Assembly (NCBI GenBank): GCA_965225855.1
Contig: CBDDCK010000001.1
Coordinates: 128,001 to 192,000 of the forward strand
DNA: 64,000 nt
Direction: 5' to 3'
Source of the DNA: Spirochaetia bacterium
Lineage (GTDB): Bacteria; Spirochaetota; Spirochaetia; SP-2023
The notes under the pieces are model-generated. The model did not search any database, was not told the origin of the DNA, and saw only the letters and a program-made list of their open reading frames with translations. Shown piece by piece: positions 18,272 through 28,318 of the stretch (within the stretch, counting starts at the first letter, position 1; every line of letters begins with the position of its first letter). A program made the position numbers and the translations under genes.

Positions 18272-18990
18272 TTACCCCAGAATCTTTAAATATATTGTCT
18301 TTAGAAATTTACCTTTGTTTAGTTTGCTGCCCCAACTACTAAAGTTTTGCGTAAAAGCAACACCTTCAAACATACTATCCATATTGGTAACGTTACTTAC
18401 ATCCCATTTGGGTATATCACTAAAATTTAGAAGCATATGCAAACATAGCCTCCATATTCTGCACTTTACCAACCTGCCGTTACAATAATCACCGGTAAAC
18501 TTATTGTTGTGATAAAACATAGAGTCCATATTGGTAACTTGGGAAGTATTCCATTGGGCTTGGTGAGCCATGGGACAGCATTAACCTTAAAGAAAACATC
18601 TTAATAATCTTCATAGTCGACTTCCTTCATAAATTTAGAAATTGAACTTTGTCAAGTTTTGAGAGAATTTTATACCATATAAAAATTTAGGATTCAATAA
18701 TGTACAAAAACTAATTGGCCAAATCATAGAATTATCCCAAATTATAAGAAGAGATTAATTCTTATAAAATTCATAATCCTTTCAGGAACTTTCTACTTGG
18801 GTACTCTTGATATTTTTTCTTACACAGTCAATTTTTAACTTCATTTAGGCAGCTTCCTTTTTTGTTTCATCAAATGATAATTGCTTATATTCCAAGCGGA
18901 TATATCACCAGTAAAATTGTTGGCTGTGCCAAGTGTATCACTCATATTGGTAATGTTACAAAATTCCAATTAGAAACATCGACATTTTTT
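18272..18990 (-). pseudogene. fragments of DUF285/BspA-like (PARCEL) repeat surface protein
   Basis: WNTSQVTNMDSMF, WDVSNVTNMDSMF, FTQNFSSW, and at 18880-18990 DVSNW..NITNMS..NFTGDISAWNIS, all broken by frameshifts. Confidence 0.7.
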
Positions 18991-19014
18991 CACAGTCTCT
19001 GAAATTAACCAAAA

Positions 19015-19392
19015 TCAGTTGACATTTAGCTGCCAGCTGACACCAAACTGGTCTTCTACCCAAGCAAAGAGCGTTGAGAACCCATAGTTGCCTACTGGCA
19101 TGTAGATCTTACCTTGTCGACTCAGAGAATCAGCAAAAGTCAGTAATTCCTCTTTGCTTTCTAAGTCAATTAAGAAGGAAATCCCAGGAGTTATTCGCCA
19201 ATCGTGGGTGACGAAACTATCACTGATTATCACTTCTTGATTTTGCACGGAGAATACTGCCCTCATGATTAGATCATCATGAGGCTCTGCGTGATGTTTG
19301 AGTGAAAGTAGTTTGAAACTCGGAAAGACTGATTGGTAGAAATCTATAGCCTGTTGTGCTTGTCTTTCAATAGTAATAAACGGACGCATCAT
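19015..19392 (-). CDS. VOC-family protein (PhnB/3-demethylubiquinone-9 methyltransferase-like)
   Basis: A.QAIDFYQSVF, ITPGISF, MPVGNYGFS..FAWVEDQFGVSWQL. Confidence 0.9.
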   Translation of the reverse strand: MMRPFITIERQAQQAIDFYQSVFPSFKLLSLKHHAEPHDDLIMRAVFSVQNQEVIISDSFVTHDWRITPGISFLIDLESKEELLTFADSLSRQGKIYMPVGNYGFSTLFAWVEDQFGVSWQLNVN

Positions 19393-19558
19393 AAAAAACC
19401 AACAAAGGAACTTTCTTTTTGTTTAGAGTGAATGAAAATCCCAACATGCCACCATCACCAGAATCAATACCCAACTCCATACAAAATGCATGGTAACCTT
19501 TTGAATCTCCTTCTTGGAATACAACATGTAGATGCCGACAATTCCACTCTTCTTTCAA
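19367..19558 (-). pseudogene. possible HicB-like antitoxin fragment
   Basis: HVVFQEGDSKGYHAFCMELGIDSG resembles the HicB N-terminal fold; similarity is lost afterwards. Confidence 0.3.
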
Positions 19559-19679
19559 TCATAATTCAGAAATTTTAATCTGTCAAGTAAATCGATCATC
19601 GCACAAAAATAAAAAGGGATTGTGCTAAGCGGATTTTTCTGTTAAAGACTATCCACTTTTTACACGAAGAGGAGATAAT

Positions 19680-20864
19680 ATGCAGATATTGATTGCAGCA
19701 GATTCCTTTAAAGGAACCAATACCAGCTTAGAAGTTGGCCAAGCCATTCAGCGTGGTTTTACAAAAATTTTCCCAGAGGCGATTTTTCAAATTATACCAG
19801 TGGCAGACGGTGGCGAAGGCACAGTAAAAGCGTTGCTTCAAGCTGCAAGTCAAGCTACGGGCAAGGCGGGCCATTTAGAAACATTGCAAGTACATGGCCC
19901 CTTGGGTGCGGGGCAACCTGTGCAAAGTTTCTGGGGTCACTTGCCTGATAAAGCCGTGATTGAAATAGCCGCAGCCTCTGGCCTGCCATTGCTTTCACCC
20001 CAGCAGCGCAATCCACTGTGCACTACCACTTACGGTACAGGGGAACTGCTGCGTGCAGCCCTAGATTCTGGTGCTCGTCAAATTATGGTTGGCATCGGTG
20101 GCAGTGCTACCAACGATGGAGGCGTAGGCATGGCTCAAGCCCTCGGCGCCCGTTTTCTCGATAAAAATGGCAACGAATTACAAGGCGGTGGTGGCAACCT
20201 AAACCAATTGGAACGCATTGATATTTCTGGTCTTGACCCCCGTTTACAGCAAACCGAAATTTTGATTGCCTGTGATGTCGACAACCCTCTACTCGGTGAA
20301 AAAGGAGCGTCCGCAGTGTACGGGCCACAAAAAGGGGCAAGCCCCGAAATGGTGAAAATACTCGATACAAACCTCGGCCATCTAGCGGCTATCGTCAAAC
20401 GCGATTTAGGCATAGACTACAGTAACGAGCCAGGGTCAGGGGCTGCGGGTGGCCTTGGTTTTGGTTTGATGAATTTTTGCTCTGGTAAATTGCTTTCAGG
20501 TATTGAAACCGTACTCCGCATTATTGAATTTGACAAAATGCTAGCAAAAGCTGACTTAGTTCTAACTGGAGAGGGCCGTTTAGATGGTCAGTCGGTCCAC
20601 GGCAAAGTGCCAGTTGGCGTGGCACAATGGGCCAAACAAACAGCGCAACAACAAAAAAGAAATATCCCAGTTGTGGCCATTGTTGGTGAATTAGGATGCG
20701 AAGCCCATTCCGTATTTCAACATGGTATTGATGCGTTATTCCCCACTGTCGACCGAGTGATGAATTTGCAAACAGCACTAGCGGAAAGCCGTTTGGCACT
20801 GGAAGCAACGGCTGAACGCGCAGCTCGTGCACTTTGCTTAGGCTTAAATTGGGACCTAAATTAA
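19680..20864 (+). CDS. glxK: glycerate kinase (GlxK/GarK family)
   Basis: IAADSFKG, PVADGGEGT, GIGGSATNDGGVGM, YGPQKGA, GAAGGLG, TGEGRLD. Confidence 0.93.
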   Translation: MQILIAADSFKGTNTSLEVGQAIQRGFTKIFPEAIFQIIPVADGGEGTVKALLQAASQATGKAGHLETLQVHGPLGAGQPVQSFWGHLPDKAVIEIAAASGLPLLSPQQRNPLCTTTYGTGELLRAALDSGARQIMVGIGGSATNDGGVGMAQALGARFLDKNGNELQGGGGNLNQLERIDISGLDPRLQQTEILIACDVDNPLLGEKGASAVYGPQKGASPEMVKILDTNLGHLAAIVKRDLGIDYSNEPGSGAAGGLGFGLMNFCSGKLLSGIETVLRIIEFDKMLAKADLVLTGEGRLDGQSVHGKVPVGVAQWAKQTAQQQKRNIPVVAIVGELGCEAHSVFQHGIDALFPTVDRVMNLQTALAESRLALEATAERAARALCLGLNWDLN

Positions 20865-20901
20865 AAGTGCAAATTTCAATTCAAATCTAAAATAATAAAA
20901 T

Positions 20902-22005
20902 ATGCCAGAATTACCAGAAGTTGAAACCGTGCGCCGTGGGCTAGCGAACGCTTTCGGTTTGGAACACTCCAATCAAAACAGGCAAAGTGGGGCCCAAAAC
21001 GGGGCGATGAATTTCAGCAAAAATTTTAATAAATTTCCTCAGCTGCAAGGCTGGCATTTTGCCCGCCCCAATTTGCGCTACCCTCTACCTATAGAAAAAT
21101 TACATGGGCTCAAAGGTGCTTGTTTACTTTCAGTCGAACGGCGCAGTAAATTTTTACTGCTATACTTTAGCCACATACTGCCGCCGCCCAATATTTCCTT
21201 GCCAGAGCTAACCCAAAATATAAAAACTTGGGGGCGCAAGTTGCAATTGCGCCGAGTGATTATCCACCTAGGCATGACGGGAGTATTGAAAATATTACCC
21301 CAACTGCCCGATGAACTGGGCAAACACGACCACCTATGGGCTTTATTTCATGTAGAACGACCAACCCAAGAAAGCCCGCAAGGCAAGCAACATTACCTAT
21401 TATATAACGATGTGCGCCGATTTGGTTTTTGGGATTATCAAGAGCTGCAAGAAACTTTCCAATTGATGAAGCCTTTTGCTTCAGTGGGCTGCGAACCGAT
21501 ACCGCTAGAGCAATACCGCTTGCAAGCACCATTGACGCTAGCTTTAGCTAACACTGAAGAAACTTCAAAGCCAATCGCATTGAACAACTCGCGCCATGAT
21601 TTTGCAGCTTTGGGGGAATATTTATACCATTGCTCACGCAAAATACAACGTCCAATAAAACCTTGGTTACTAGATGGTAAAATCGTTTGCGGTGTAGGCA
21701 ATATTTATTGTTCTGAAAGCCTATGGCTGGCTGGCTTACGGCCACAAAAAAATGCATGCGAACTAAGCTATCAGCAAGCTACCAAACTTGCCACGGCCAT
21801 AGAAAAAACTATTACCGCAGCAATTAAAGCAGGCGGCACAACTTTCAAAGATTTCCGCAACAGCACGGGCAAGCCCGGCTATTTTCAACAAGAGCTGCGG
21901 GTTTATGGCCATGAAGGCAAAAGCTGCCCGCATTGCAGCCACCCCATTATCAAACAAGTACAAGCACAACGAGCAACCTATTATTGCTCCCAGTGCCAAA
22001 TATAA
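20902..22005 (+). CDS. mutM: formamidopyrimidine-DNA glycosylase
   Basis: MPELPEVET, HLGMTG, DVRRFG, GVGNIY, C-terminal C4 zinc finger; carries extra insertions. Confidence 0.95.
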   Translation: MPELPEVETVRRGLANAFGLEHSNQNRQSGAQNGAMNFSKNFNKFPQLQGWHFARPNLRYPLPIEKLHGLKGACLLSVERRSKFLLLYFSHILPPPNISLPELTQNIKTWGRKLQLRRVIIHLGMTGVLKILPQLPDELGKHDHLWALFHVERPTQESPQGKQHYLLYNDVRRFGFWDYQELQETFQLMKPFASVGCEPIPLEQYRLQAPLTLALANTEETSKPIALNNSRHDFAALGEYLYHCSRKIQRPIKPWLLDGKIVCGVGNIYCSESLWLAGLRPQKNACELSYQQATKLATAIEKTITAAIKAGGTTFKDFRNSTGKPGYFQQELRVYGHEGKSCPHCSHPIIKQVQAQRATYYCSQCQI

Positions 22006-22030
22006 GCATTAAAGGAGCAAGAAATAACAA

Positions 22031-22555
22031 CTATTCCGCAAGAGGAGGTGTTGCAGGACGAGAAAGCAAACGCTCATCAATGGCTAATAAAGCCGCCACA
22101 TTATCGCCAGCCATTTCCAAACGATCGACAATATCATCGACTGAAGATTCTTCTTTGCGCTGTTCGGCTAAAAACCACTGCATAAACTCAAAAGTGCCAA
22201 AATCCCTTTCTTCAAAAGCTTGACCCACAATACTATTAATTCGCTTGGTAATGGCTTGCTCATGTTGAAAAGCCACTTGGAAACACTCCAACAAGCTACT
22301 AGCTTTGATTTCAGGCTTGGTAACGCCTTTTACAATAGCTTTACCGTGTTTCTCTACAATGTATTCAAAAACCCGCATACCGTGTTCATGTTCTTCACGG
22401 AACTGTTGGTGAAACCAGTAAGCTGCGCCGTGCCATTTCAATTCACAACATGCTGCCGATAAAGCTAAATAAGTATATGCTGAATGCATCTCAAAATTAA
22501 AATGTTCGTTCAGGACAGCAAACATCTTATCGCTGACCAATGTGTTGTGAGACAT
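22031..22555 (-). CDS. ftnA: non-haem ferritin
   Basis: EMHSAYTYLAL, EEHEH, HEQAIT, FMQWFLAEQRKEE; AGGAGG RBS before ATG 22555. Confidence 0.9.
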   Translation of the reverse strand: MSHNTLVSDKMFAVLNEHFNFEMHSAYTYLALSAACCELKWHGAAYWFHQQFREEHEHGMRVFEYIVEKHGKAIVKGVTKPEIKASSLLECFQVAFQHEQAITKRINSIVGQAFEERDFGTFEFMQWFLAEQRKEESSVDDIVDRLEMAGDNVAALLAIDERLLSRPATPPLAE

Positions 22556-22862
22556 ACAACCTCCTAAAATGATACTATCTATCAATTATATTTTGCTAGG
22601 ATAACAAAATTTTCCCAGACTGGGATTAATTAATATCTGGGGCTATGCTACGATAAAAAAATAAATTGGCAAGTGTTGTATCAAGTATTTTTCGCTTTAA
22701 TTTATGAAACATATTTTTATAGATTGCCTTAGAGCAAAATTTCCACTACTATACTCAGCTGAATATTAATAGGCATAGCCCGATGCAATGAATGAAACTT
22801 ATCTACATTAATTGTAATTACAGATACTTAAATATTTTTGAGCTTGCTACCAAAGGTAAAAT

Positions 22863-24131
22863 ATGAGAGAAGACCAGCTACTGAATTTTAGCCTCGCTGA
22901 TTTCCATTACAACGATAACCCAGACATACTCCAACCTCCTGAAGATTTTAAGCAGTGGCTTTATCACCCTAAAGTGCGCAGTGCATTTGGTTTTTTTGAA
23001 CAACAGTTGTTAGCGGCCCCCAAGGCCCAAAGTCGCATTCGTAGCAATTTTGATGGAGCTGAACGCGATATTATCAATTTGACTTCCTACAACTATTTAG
23101 GGCTTTCTACTCACCCTGAAGTGCTGCAAGCCTGTAAAGAAACTTTAGATAAGTATGGTATGGGGGCTTCTGGTGCACCACTGCTTTCGGGAACTTTTGA
23201 TTTACATACTATGCTGGCAGAGAAACTAGCAGCGTTTAAAGAGCAAGAAGCTTGCTTATTGTATTCTAGTGGTTTTGGTGGCAATGTCGGTGCCATACAA
23301 GGAATACTGCGCAAAGGCGATGTGGCCATTATGGACGAAAAAATCCACCGCAGTATTGTCGATGGCGTAACCCTTTCGGGAGCGAAAATGGCCTTTTTCC
23401 CACACAATGATATGAAGGGGTTGGAAGAATTGCTAGAAAAACACAAATCAAAACGCAAGCTGGTATTGGTTGAAGGCGTGTATTCCATGGACGGAGACTT
23501 AGTCAAACTACCGGGAGTCAGTGCCCTTTGCGACAGCTATAATACAGGTTTATTTTTGGACGAGGCCCATTCTTCCCTTATTTTCGGTAAGAACGGCCGT
23601 GGCGTGGGGGAACACTTTGACCTAGAACATAAAGTAGGCGTTAGCTTTGGCACTTTGAGCAAATCTTTTGGCGGAGTTGGGGGCTTTATTTGCGCCAACC
23701 AAGAAATTATTGACTACCTCAAAGGCTATTCTGCCCCGTGGAATTTTTCTTGTTCCATCGCTCCACCGATTGTGGGAGGCCTGTTAAAAGCTCTGGAAGT
23801 CGCCACCCGCGATTCGAGCTTGCGCGATACGCTTTGGCAAAATACTCATTACTTCCGCAAAGGCTTAGAATCTTTAAATCTCAATCTTGGCCAAACCGAA
23901 TCTCAAGTGATTCCGATTATCATCGGTTCATCAGGGGAGCTTTTGTTGCAAATGGCCTATGAAGTCCAAAGTCGCGGGCTATTTTTACAGCCAGTAGATT
24001 ATCCGGCCGTCCCTGCTCATGAACGACGTTTTCGTATTTCCGTTTCATCGCAATTGGATAAAGAGACTATCGACCAAGCTCTAAATATTATTGAGGACGT
24101 GATCGCCAAAAAACTAAGCTCAAAAAATTGA
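22863..24131 (+). CDS. PLP-dependent alpha-oxoamine synthase (BioF/Kbl/SPT family)
   Basis: SYNYLGL, H.SIVDG, EGVYSMDGD, LDEAHS, GTLSKS. Confidence 0.85.
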   Translation: MREDQLLNFSLADFHYNDNPDILQPPEDFKQWLYHPKVRSAFGFFEQQLLAAPKAQSRIRSNFDGAERDIINLTSYNYLGLSTHPEVLQACKETLDKYGMGASGAPLLSGTFDLHTMLAEKLAAFKEQEACLLYSSGFGGNVGAIQGILRKGDVAIMDEKIHRSIVDGVTLSGAKMAFFPHNDMKGLEELLEKHKSKRKLVLVEGVYSMDGDLVKLPGVSALCDSYNTGLFLDEAHSSLIFGKNGRGVGEHFDLEHKVGVSFGTLSKSFGGVGGFICANQEIIDYLKGYSAPWNFSCSIAPPIVGGLLKALEVATRDSSLRDTLWQNTHYFRKGLESLNLNLGQTESQVIPIIIGSSGELLLQMAYEVQSRGLFLQPVDYPAVPAHERRFRISVSSQLDKETIDQALNIIEDVIAKKLSSKN

Positions 24132-24197
24132 GCTTCCTGGGAGAAGAGACAAGAATACAAGTGTATAAAAATTAAAATAAAGGAGAAGGCCTCCCAA

Positions 24198-25418
24198 ATG
24201 GACAAGAACAATTTTCCACAACCTAGCCACGACAGCATCGCCTCCCAAGCGGGGATAGACAGAGAAAATCATTATGGCGGCGTAACTCCCCCTATTTATA
24301 CAACTTCTACCTATCGCATGGCGGACTTTGGAGTGGAAGGTGAACACGAGTATGCTCGTGTTTCTCACCCAAACCGCAACCACTTGGCAAAAGCCCTTTC
24401 GCAAATGGAAGATGGTTGCGGCCAGGGAATTATCACTGCTTCCGGTATGGCAGCCTTAAACCTAATTTTGCAATTGGTACAACCAGGGGATTGGGTTATC
24501 AGCGGCCACGATGCCTACGGCGGTACCCAGCGTTTTTTAAATGTAATGGCTTCGCGCAGTATGTTTCGGCTCCACTACTGTAATATCAATAACCCTGACC
24601 CTAGCGTAGCCCATGAAGCAATTGCGCTTGCCCCTCGTCTAATTTTGCTGGAAACTCCTTCCAACCCTTTGTTGGGTGTTTGCGATGTGTCTACTTGGAT
24701 TGAGGCAGTAAATAAATTCCAAAGCCAAGGAAATAATCGCCCCATTGTAGCTGTGGATAATACAATGCTTAGCCCGATCAATTTTCAGCCATTAGCCTTG
24801 GGCGCTGACCTCGTATGGCATTCAACCACAAAATATATTAACGGACATACGGATTTAATTGGGGGTGCCATTATTTGCCGTGAGGTAGCTTTATATGAAG
24901 AGCTTGACTGGTGGATTAAAACCATGGGGCTTGGCGCAGCAGCCTTTGATGCTTGGCTAACCACCAGAGGTCTTCGTACTCTGCCACTGCGCATTCGGCG
25001 GCAACAACAAAGCGCCCAAAAACTGGCAGAGTATTTAGCGTGCCAACCACAGGTTGACCAAGTTTTTTATCCTGGCCTTACCCAACATGCTAACCATGAG
25101 CTGGCTAAAAAACAATTCCGCGGTTTTGGGGGCATGCTAAGTTTTGAGCTAAAAGGTAAAGCTGGCAACGGTGCTGAAACAACTGCTGAAGAACTAAAAA
25201 CTTTTATCTATGCTCAAAAAGCCGCTTCGTTTGCCGTATCGCTAGGTGGCGTATCCAGTTTGCTCTCCCACCCTTCCACCATGAGCCACCTCGATATGAC
25301 CGAAGAAGCCCGTAGCAAAGCAGGTATTCGTTTTGGCTTATTGCGTCTATCAGTCGGTTTGGAAGAACCCGATGACTTAATTCAGGGGCTAGAAAGTGGG
25401 TTTCGAGCATTAGCCTAA
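24198..25418 (+). CDS. metB: cystathionine gamma-synthase
   Basis: YARVSHPNR, SGMAA, ETPSNP, DNT, HSTTKYINGHTD, AVSLGGV, RLSVGLE. Confidence 0.85.
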   Translation: MDKNNFPQPSHDSIASQAGIDRENHYGGVTPPIYTTSTYRMADFGVEGEHEYARVSHPNRNHLAKALSQMEDGCGQGIITASGMAALNLILQLVQPGDWVISGHDAYGGTQRFLNVMASRSMFRLHYCNINNPDPSVAHEAIALAPRLILLETPSNPLLGVCDVSTWIEAVNKFQSQGNNRPIVAVDNTMLSPINFQPLALGADLVWHSTTKYINGHTDLIGGAIICREVALYEELDWWIKTMGLGAAAFDAWLTTRGLRTLPLRIRRQQQSAQKLAEYLACQPQVDQVFYPGLTQHANHELAKKQFRGFGGMLSFELKGKAGNGAETTAEELKTFIYAQKAASFAVSLGGVSSLLSHPSTMSHLDMTEEARSKAGIRFGLLRLSVGLEEPDDLIQGLESGFRALA

Positions 25419-25455
25419 AAATATAAATAAAAAAATCTACTTTATTTTGGGGCTA

Positions 25456-26568
25456 TTACTCCTGCTTGAAATTTTGCCTAGGTAAAACTTTCAGCAAAGA
25501 CCTGTGATCATTGCTATCTTGCCCTATTTCCCAAATCATGATACCACCTAAATCTTGCTCTTGGGCAAACTCAAACTTCCGTACAATCATGTCCTGACCA
25601 TTAAAATAATAATTGTTTATTTCATTATCTTCGGGAGCTAGGTCAAAACTTTGGGCTAGGTAGTTGTAAGTTTTGGCACGCCGCCTTCCGCTAGAACGAA
25701 TTTCTCTACCGTAAAATGGTAACCCCAGAAAAATTTTTTGAGACGGTATAGCATAGCGGGCACTTAAATAAGCAACCATTTCGGTAATATCTTCCATAGT
25801 AGAATGGCGGGGCGCAAAATCATAGCCCATAAAATTCACCGCATCAACCGCTTGGAACAATTTGGTATTTAACGCAGCTTGCTTCCTAGAAATAGCTACA
25901 CTAACCCGATAGTTTTTTGCGCCATTTTTATTTGCAGCGAAAGTATTTGCACGAACTTCTTTAATTAAAGCAATATAGGCTGCCATATCGTTTTTGTTGC
26001 GAGGATATTCCCAGTCAAAATCTATGCCATCAAGCTCCCAAGTTTCAGCTACGGCAATGAGATTGTGAGCCAATTTTTGACGCAACGTTTTGCTTTTCAT
26101 TACGGGCAAAAAACGCGATGAACCACCAGCCAAACATACCACTAAACCAAAGCCATATATTGCACGGAGTTTCTGTAAGTATTCCAGATGCTGCGGATAA
26201 AATCCGGAAAAATCTATGCTGCCATCACCTGCTTTGCCGGGCAATAACCGAAAATAATTAATTTGTGTAATGCGTCCGGTAGCCAAGGCTGCTATTAAAT
26301 ATTCCTTAAATTCTGGAACACTTGGCTCACTATATAGCTTGTTTTGCGAACCACCAATTCCCGGATCATAACTAGCAAAATCAAAAGCCCCACTAGCAGT
26401 ATTTTGGCCTTGTTCCAGTTGGTAGGGGCTAGTTTCTGTGGGCCGTTGCATGCGGTAGTAAGGCAGGTAAACGGTATTTTGATAGCCGGATTCTTGCGCA
26501 GCCAAAGAATAAAAACGATAGATAGAAACCGCCACTAAAAAAACGGCAAATGTGGTATATATTTTCAT
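25456..26568 (-). CDS. secreted glycoside hydrolase family 18 (chitinase-like)
   Basis: Signal peptide; LDGIDFDWEYP (DxxDxDxE), MGYDF, LGLPFYGR, GGIMIWEIGQD. Confidence 0.9.
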   Translation of the reverse strand: MKIYTTFAVFLVAVSIYRFYSLAAQESGYQNTVYLPYYRMQRPTETSPYQLEQGQNTASGAFDFASYDPGIGGSQNKLYSEPSVPEFKEYLIAALATGRITQINYFRLLPGKAGDGSIDFSGFYPQHLEYLQKLRAIYGFGLVVCLAGGSSRFLPVMKSKTLRQKLAHNLIAVAETWELDGIDFDWEYPRNKNDMAAYIALIKEVRANTFAANKNGAKNYRVSVAISRKQAALNTKLFQAVDAVNFMGYDFAPRHSTMEDITEMVAYLSARYAIPSQKIFLGLPFYGREIRSSGRRRAKTYNYLAQSFDLAPEDNEINNYYFNGQDMIVRKFEFAQEQDLGGIMIWEIGQDSNDHRSLLKVLPRQNFKQE

Positions 26569-26677
26569 ACTGGGGGCAATTATAAATATTCTAATTTTCC
26601 AAGCAATATAATGAAGGAACTCTTTTTGTAATTTATGGCTGCCTTATCCCATTTTTCAAAATTCAATGTTCAAAATA

Positions 26678-26706
26678 AAAAGGAAGACTCTCTAAGCCTT
26701 CCTTTT
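26678..26706. terminator. bidirectional-type intrinsic terminator
   Basis: AAAAGGAAG...CTTCCTTTT downstream of the 26795 gene. Confidence 0.55.
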
Positions 26707-26794
26707 GTTAAAAAAATTAAAACTAACGGCCAAACCCCTAACGGGCAAGCCCCCCAAAAATCGCTACCCAAAATGACCCAATAGCAATGGGCAA

Positions 26795-27214
26795 TTACGA
26801 TATTTGGATAAACTTTTTTTTACTGCTTCCACTGGTACTGGGTTGAAAATAGCGATCACCATTCAATTCTTCTTTTACTGTTAATTTTTTATAATCCGTA
26901 AAAAGTATAGTAGTAGAACGACGATTCCATGTCAGCGCAAACGTTGCGATCTTGTTATTACTACTCCAAATGGATTCATTGGTATTTAAAGAATATACAA
27001 AAGTACCAGAACCAGCTTTACCGTCAATCTTAGCCGTAAACGTACCATCGGAAAAAAATTCAAATTTATCTGTACCGCCACTTGCCTGCCATATACCGGC
27101 AGCTTGCAGGGTATCTTTTAACTTGAACAACAAATTGGATTCCTCATCAATTTCACAAGAAAACAACATGGGTGTCAGAAGAAAAAAACTTACAATCAAT
27201 TTTATTTTATTCAT
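26795..27214 (-). CDS. hypothetical lipoprotein
   Basis: MNKIKLIVSFFLLTPMLFS-C lipobox; AAGGAG RBS. Confidence 0.75.
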   Translation of the reverse strand: MNKIKLIVSFFLLTPMLFSCEIDEESNLLFKLKDTLQAAGIWQASGGTDKFEFFSDGTFTAKIDGKAGSGTFVYSLNTNESIWSSNNKIATFALTWNRRSTTILFTDYKKLTVKEELNGDRYFQPSTSGSSKKKFIQIS

Positions 27215-27225
27215 AAAAACTCCTT

Positions 27226-27909
27226 TTAAGACCAGAATCTTACGCCAAGCTCTGGAAAAATGGCAAATGGTACCATGAGAAAAGTTGCATTGTAAAGCTC
27301 GTTCCCAGCTTTACTCTCTAAAGAAATAGTTTCCATCTGAATACCGAAGGCAATCTGCACTTGAGCAAATACTTCAAGCCGTTGTATTTTCAGAGAAATT
27401 CCCGGCCCCAAACGAAAAAAACTTAGTAAATGGAGAAAATCATAATTGCTTTTACCTCGGCCTAGAGCAAAATCAAAGTACAGCCCAGCTACACCGTAAA
27501 ACCCTATGGGCAGACCCGCTGGGGTAAATTTATAGCCCGCATCAACTGAAATAAACGGACGAATAGGAAAATCGGGAATAATATTATCTTTTCCCGAGCC
27601 CGCCATAATTCCCAAATTTAAAGCGGTTAAAAGACCACTGAGCGCAAAAGCACCGGTAAAGCCGACACCCGGCGCATAGTGCACAATATCCTTTTCATCA
27701 AATTTAAAACCCTTTACTGGCGGACTGATTTTATCTAGGGCTTTATTTTCTACTTTTAGAATATTGTACAAGCTAGCTAGAGGTAGGTAGCTACTATACA
27801 TCAAACCACCTCCGTAACTTTGGGCTACCAAGCTCACTTGAGAAATAGTAAATAAAAAACAACTTAGACTAAATGCGAGTAACCATCTCTTTCTAAAAAA
27901 TCTTATCAT
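27226..27909 (-). CDS. putative small outer-membrane beta-barrel protein
   Basis: Signal peptide, alternating aromatic/Gly beta strands, C-terminal ELGVRFW motif. Confidence 0.6.
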   Translation of the reverse strand: MIRFFRKRWLLAFSLSCFLFTISQVSLVAQSYGGGLMYSSYLPLASLYNILKVENKALDKISPPVKGFKFDEKDIVHYAPGVGFTGAFALSGLLTALNLGIMAGSGKDNIIPDFPIRPFISVDAGYKFTPAGLPIGFYGVAGLYFDFALGRGKSNYDFLHLLSFFRLGPGISLKIQRLEVFAQVQIAFGIQMETISLESKAGNELYNATFLMVPFAIFPELGVRFWS

Positions 27910-28040
27910 TAGTCAAATTCTCCTTTCCGCATCAAATTGCTTGCAACAAGCAATTTTTGGATTGTTACGTTTTTCTTTTGATATGTCTAGCCTATTGTAA
28001 TATTTTCAAAAAATAATTTAGAGATTTTGTGAAAAAACAC

Positions 28041-28069
28041 TTGACAATAAAAATCCATTGTATTATTGT
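28041..28069 (+). promoter_or_regulatory. sigma70 promoter (TTGACA-17-TATTGT)
   Basis: Perfect -35 and 17-bp spacing; start site would fall at the riboswitch 5' end. Confidence 0.75.
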
Positions 28070-28076
28070 CGTGTCA

Positions 28077-28150
28077 ATCCTTGGGGTGGTTTCAAACCTG
28101 AGAGTAAACCCATTGAACCTGATCCAGATTGTACTGGCGTAGGGAAGGAT
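28077..28150 (+). ncRNA. TPP riboswitch
   Basis: ATCCTT/AAGGAT P1, GGGG..CTGAGA..ACCC, GAACCTGATCCAG..CTGGCGTAGGGAA; upstream of thiamine transport genes. Confidence 0.93.
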
Positions 28151-28185
28151 CATTAGCGGGTATATTGATTGTTGACCTGTTAATT

Positions 28186-28225
28186 TTCTGCCGATCGGCT
28201 GACTCGAATGACTTGGCAGAATTTT
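28186..28225 (+). terminator. putative riboswitch expression-platform terminator
   Basis: TTCTGCCGA...TTGGCAGAA followed by TTTT. Confidence 0.5.
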
Positions 28226-28318
28226 CCAACCGTATTCTAGTATTTTGTGTTTGCCTCATATTACTTTTGTGGCTGCCGTTCCGAGGAAATTAAATAAGGT
28301 TTTTCTTTGGGGCCATTT

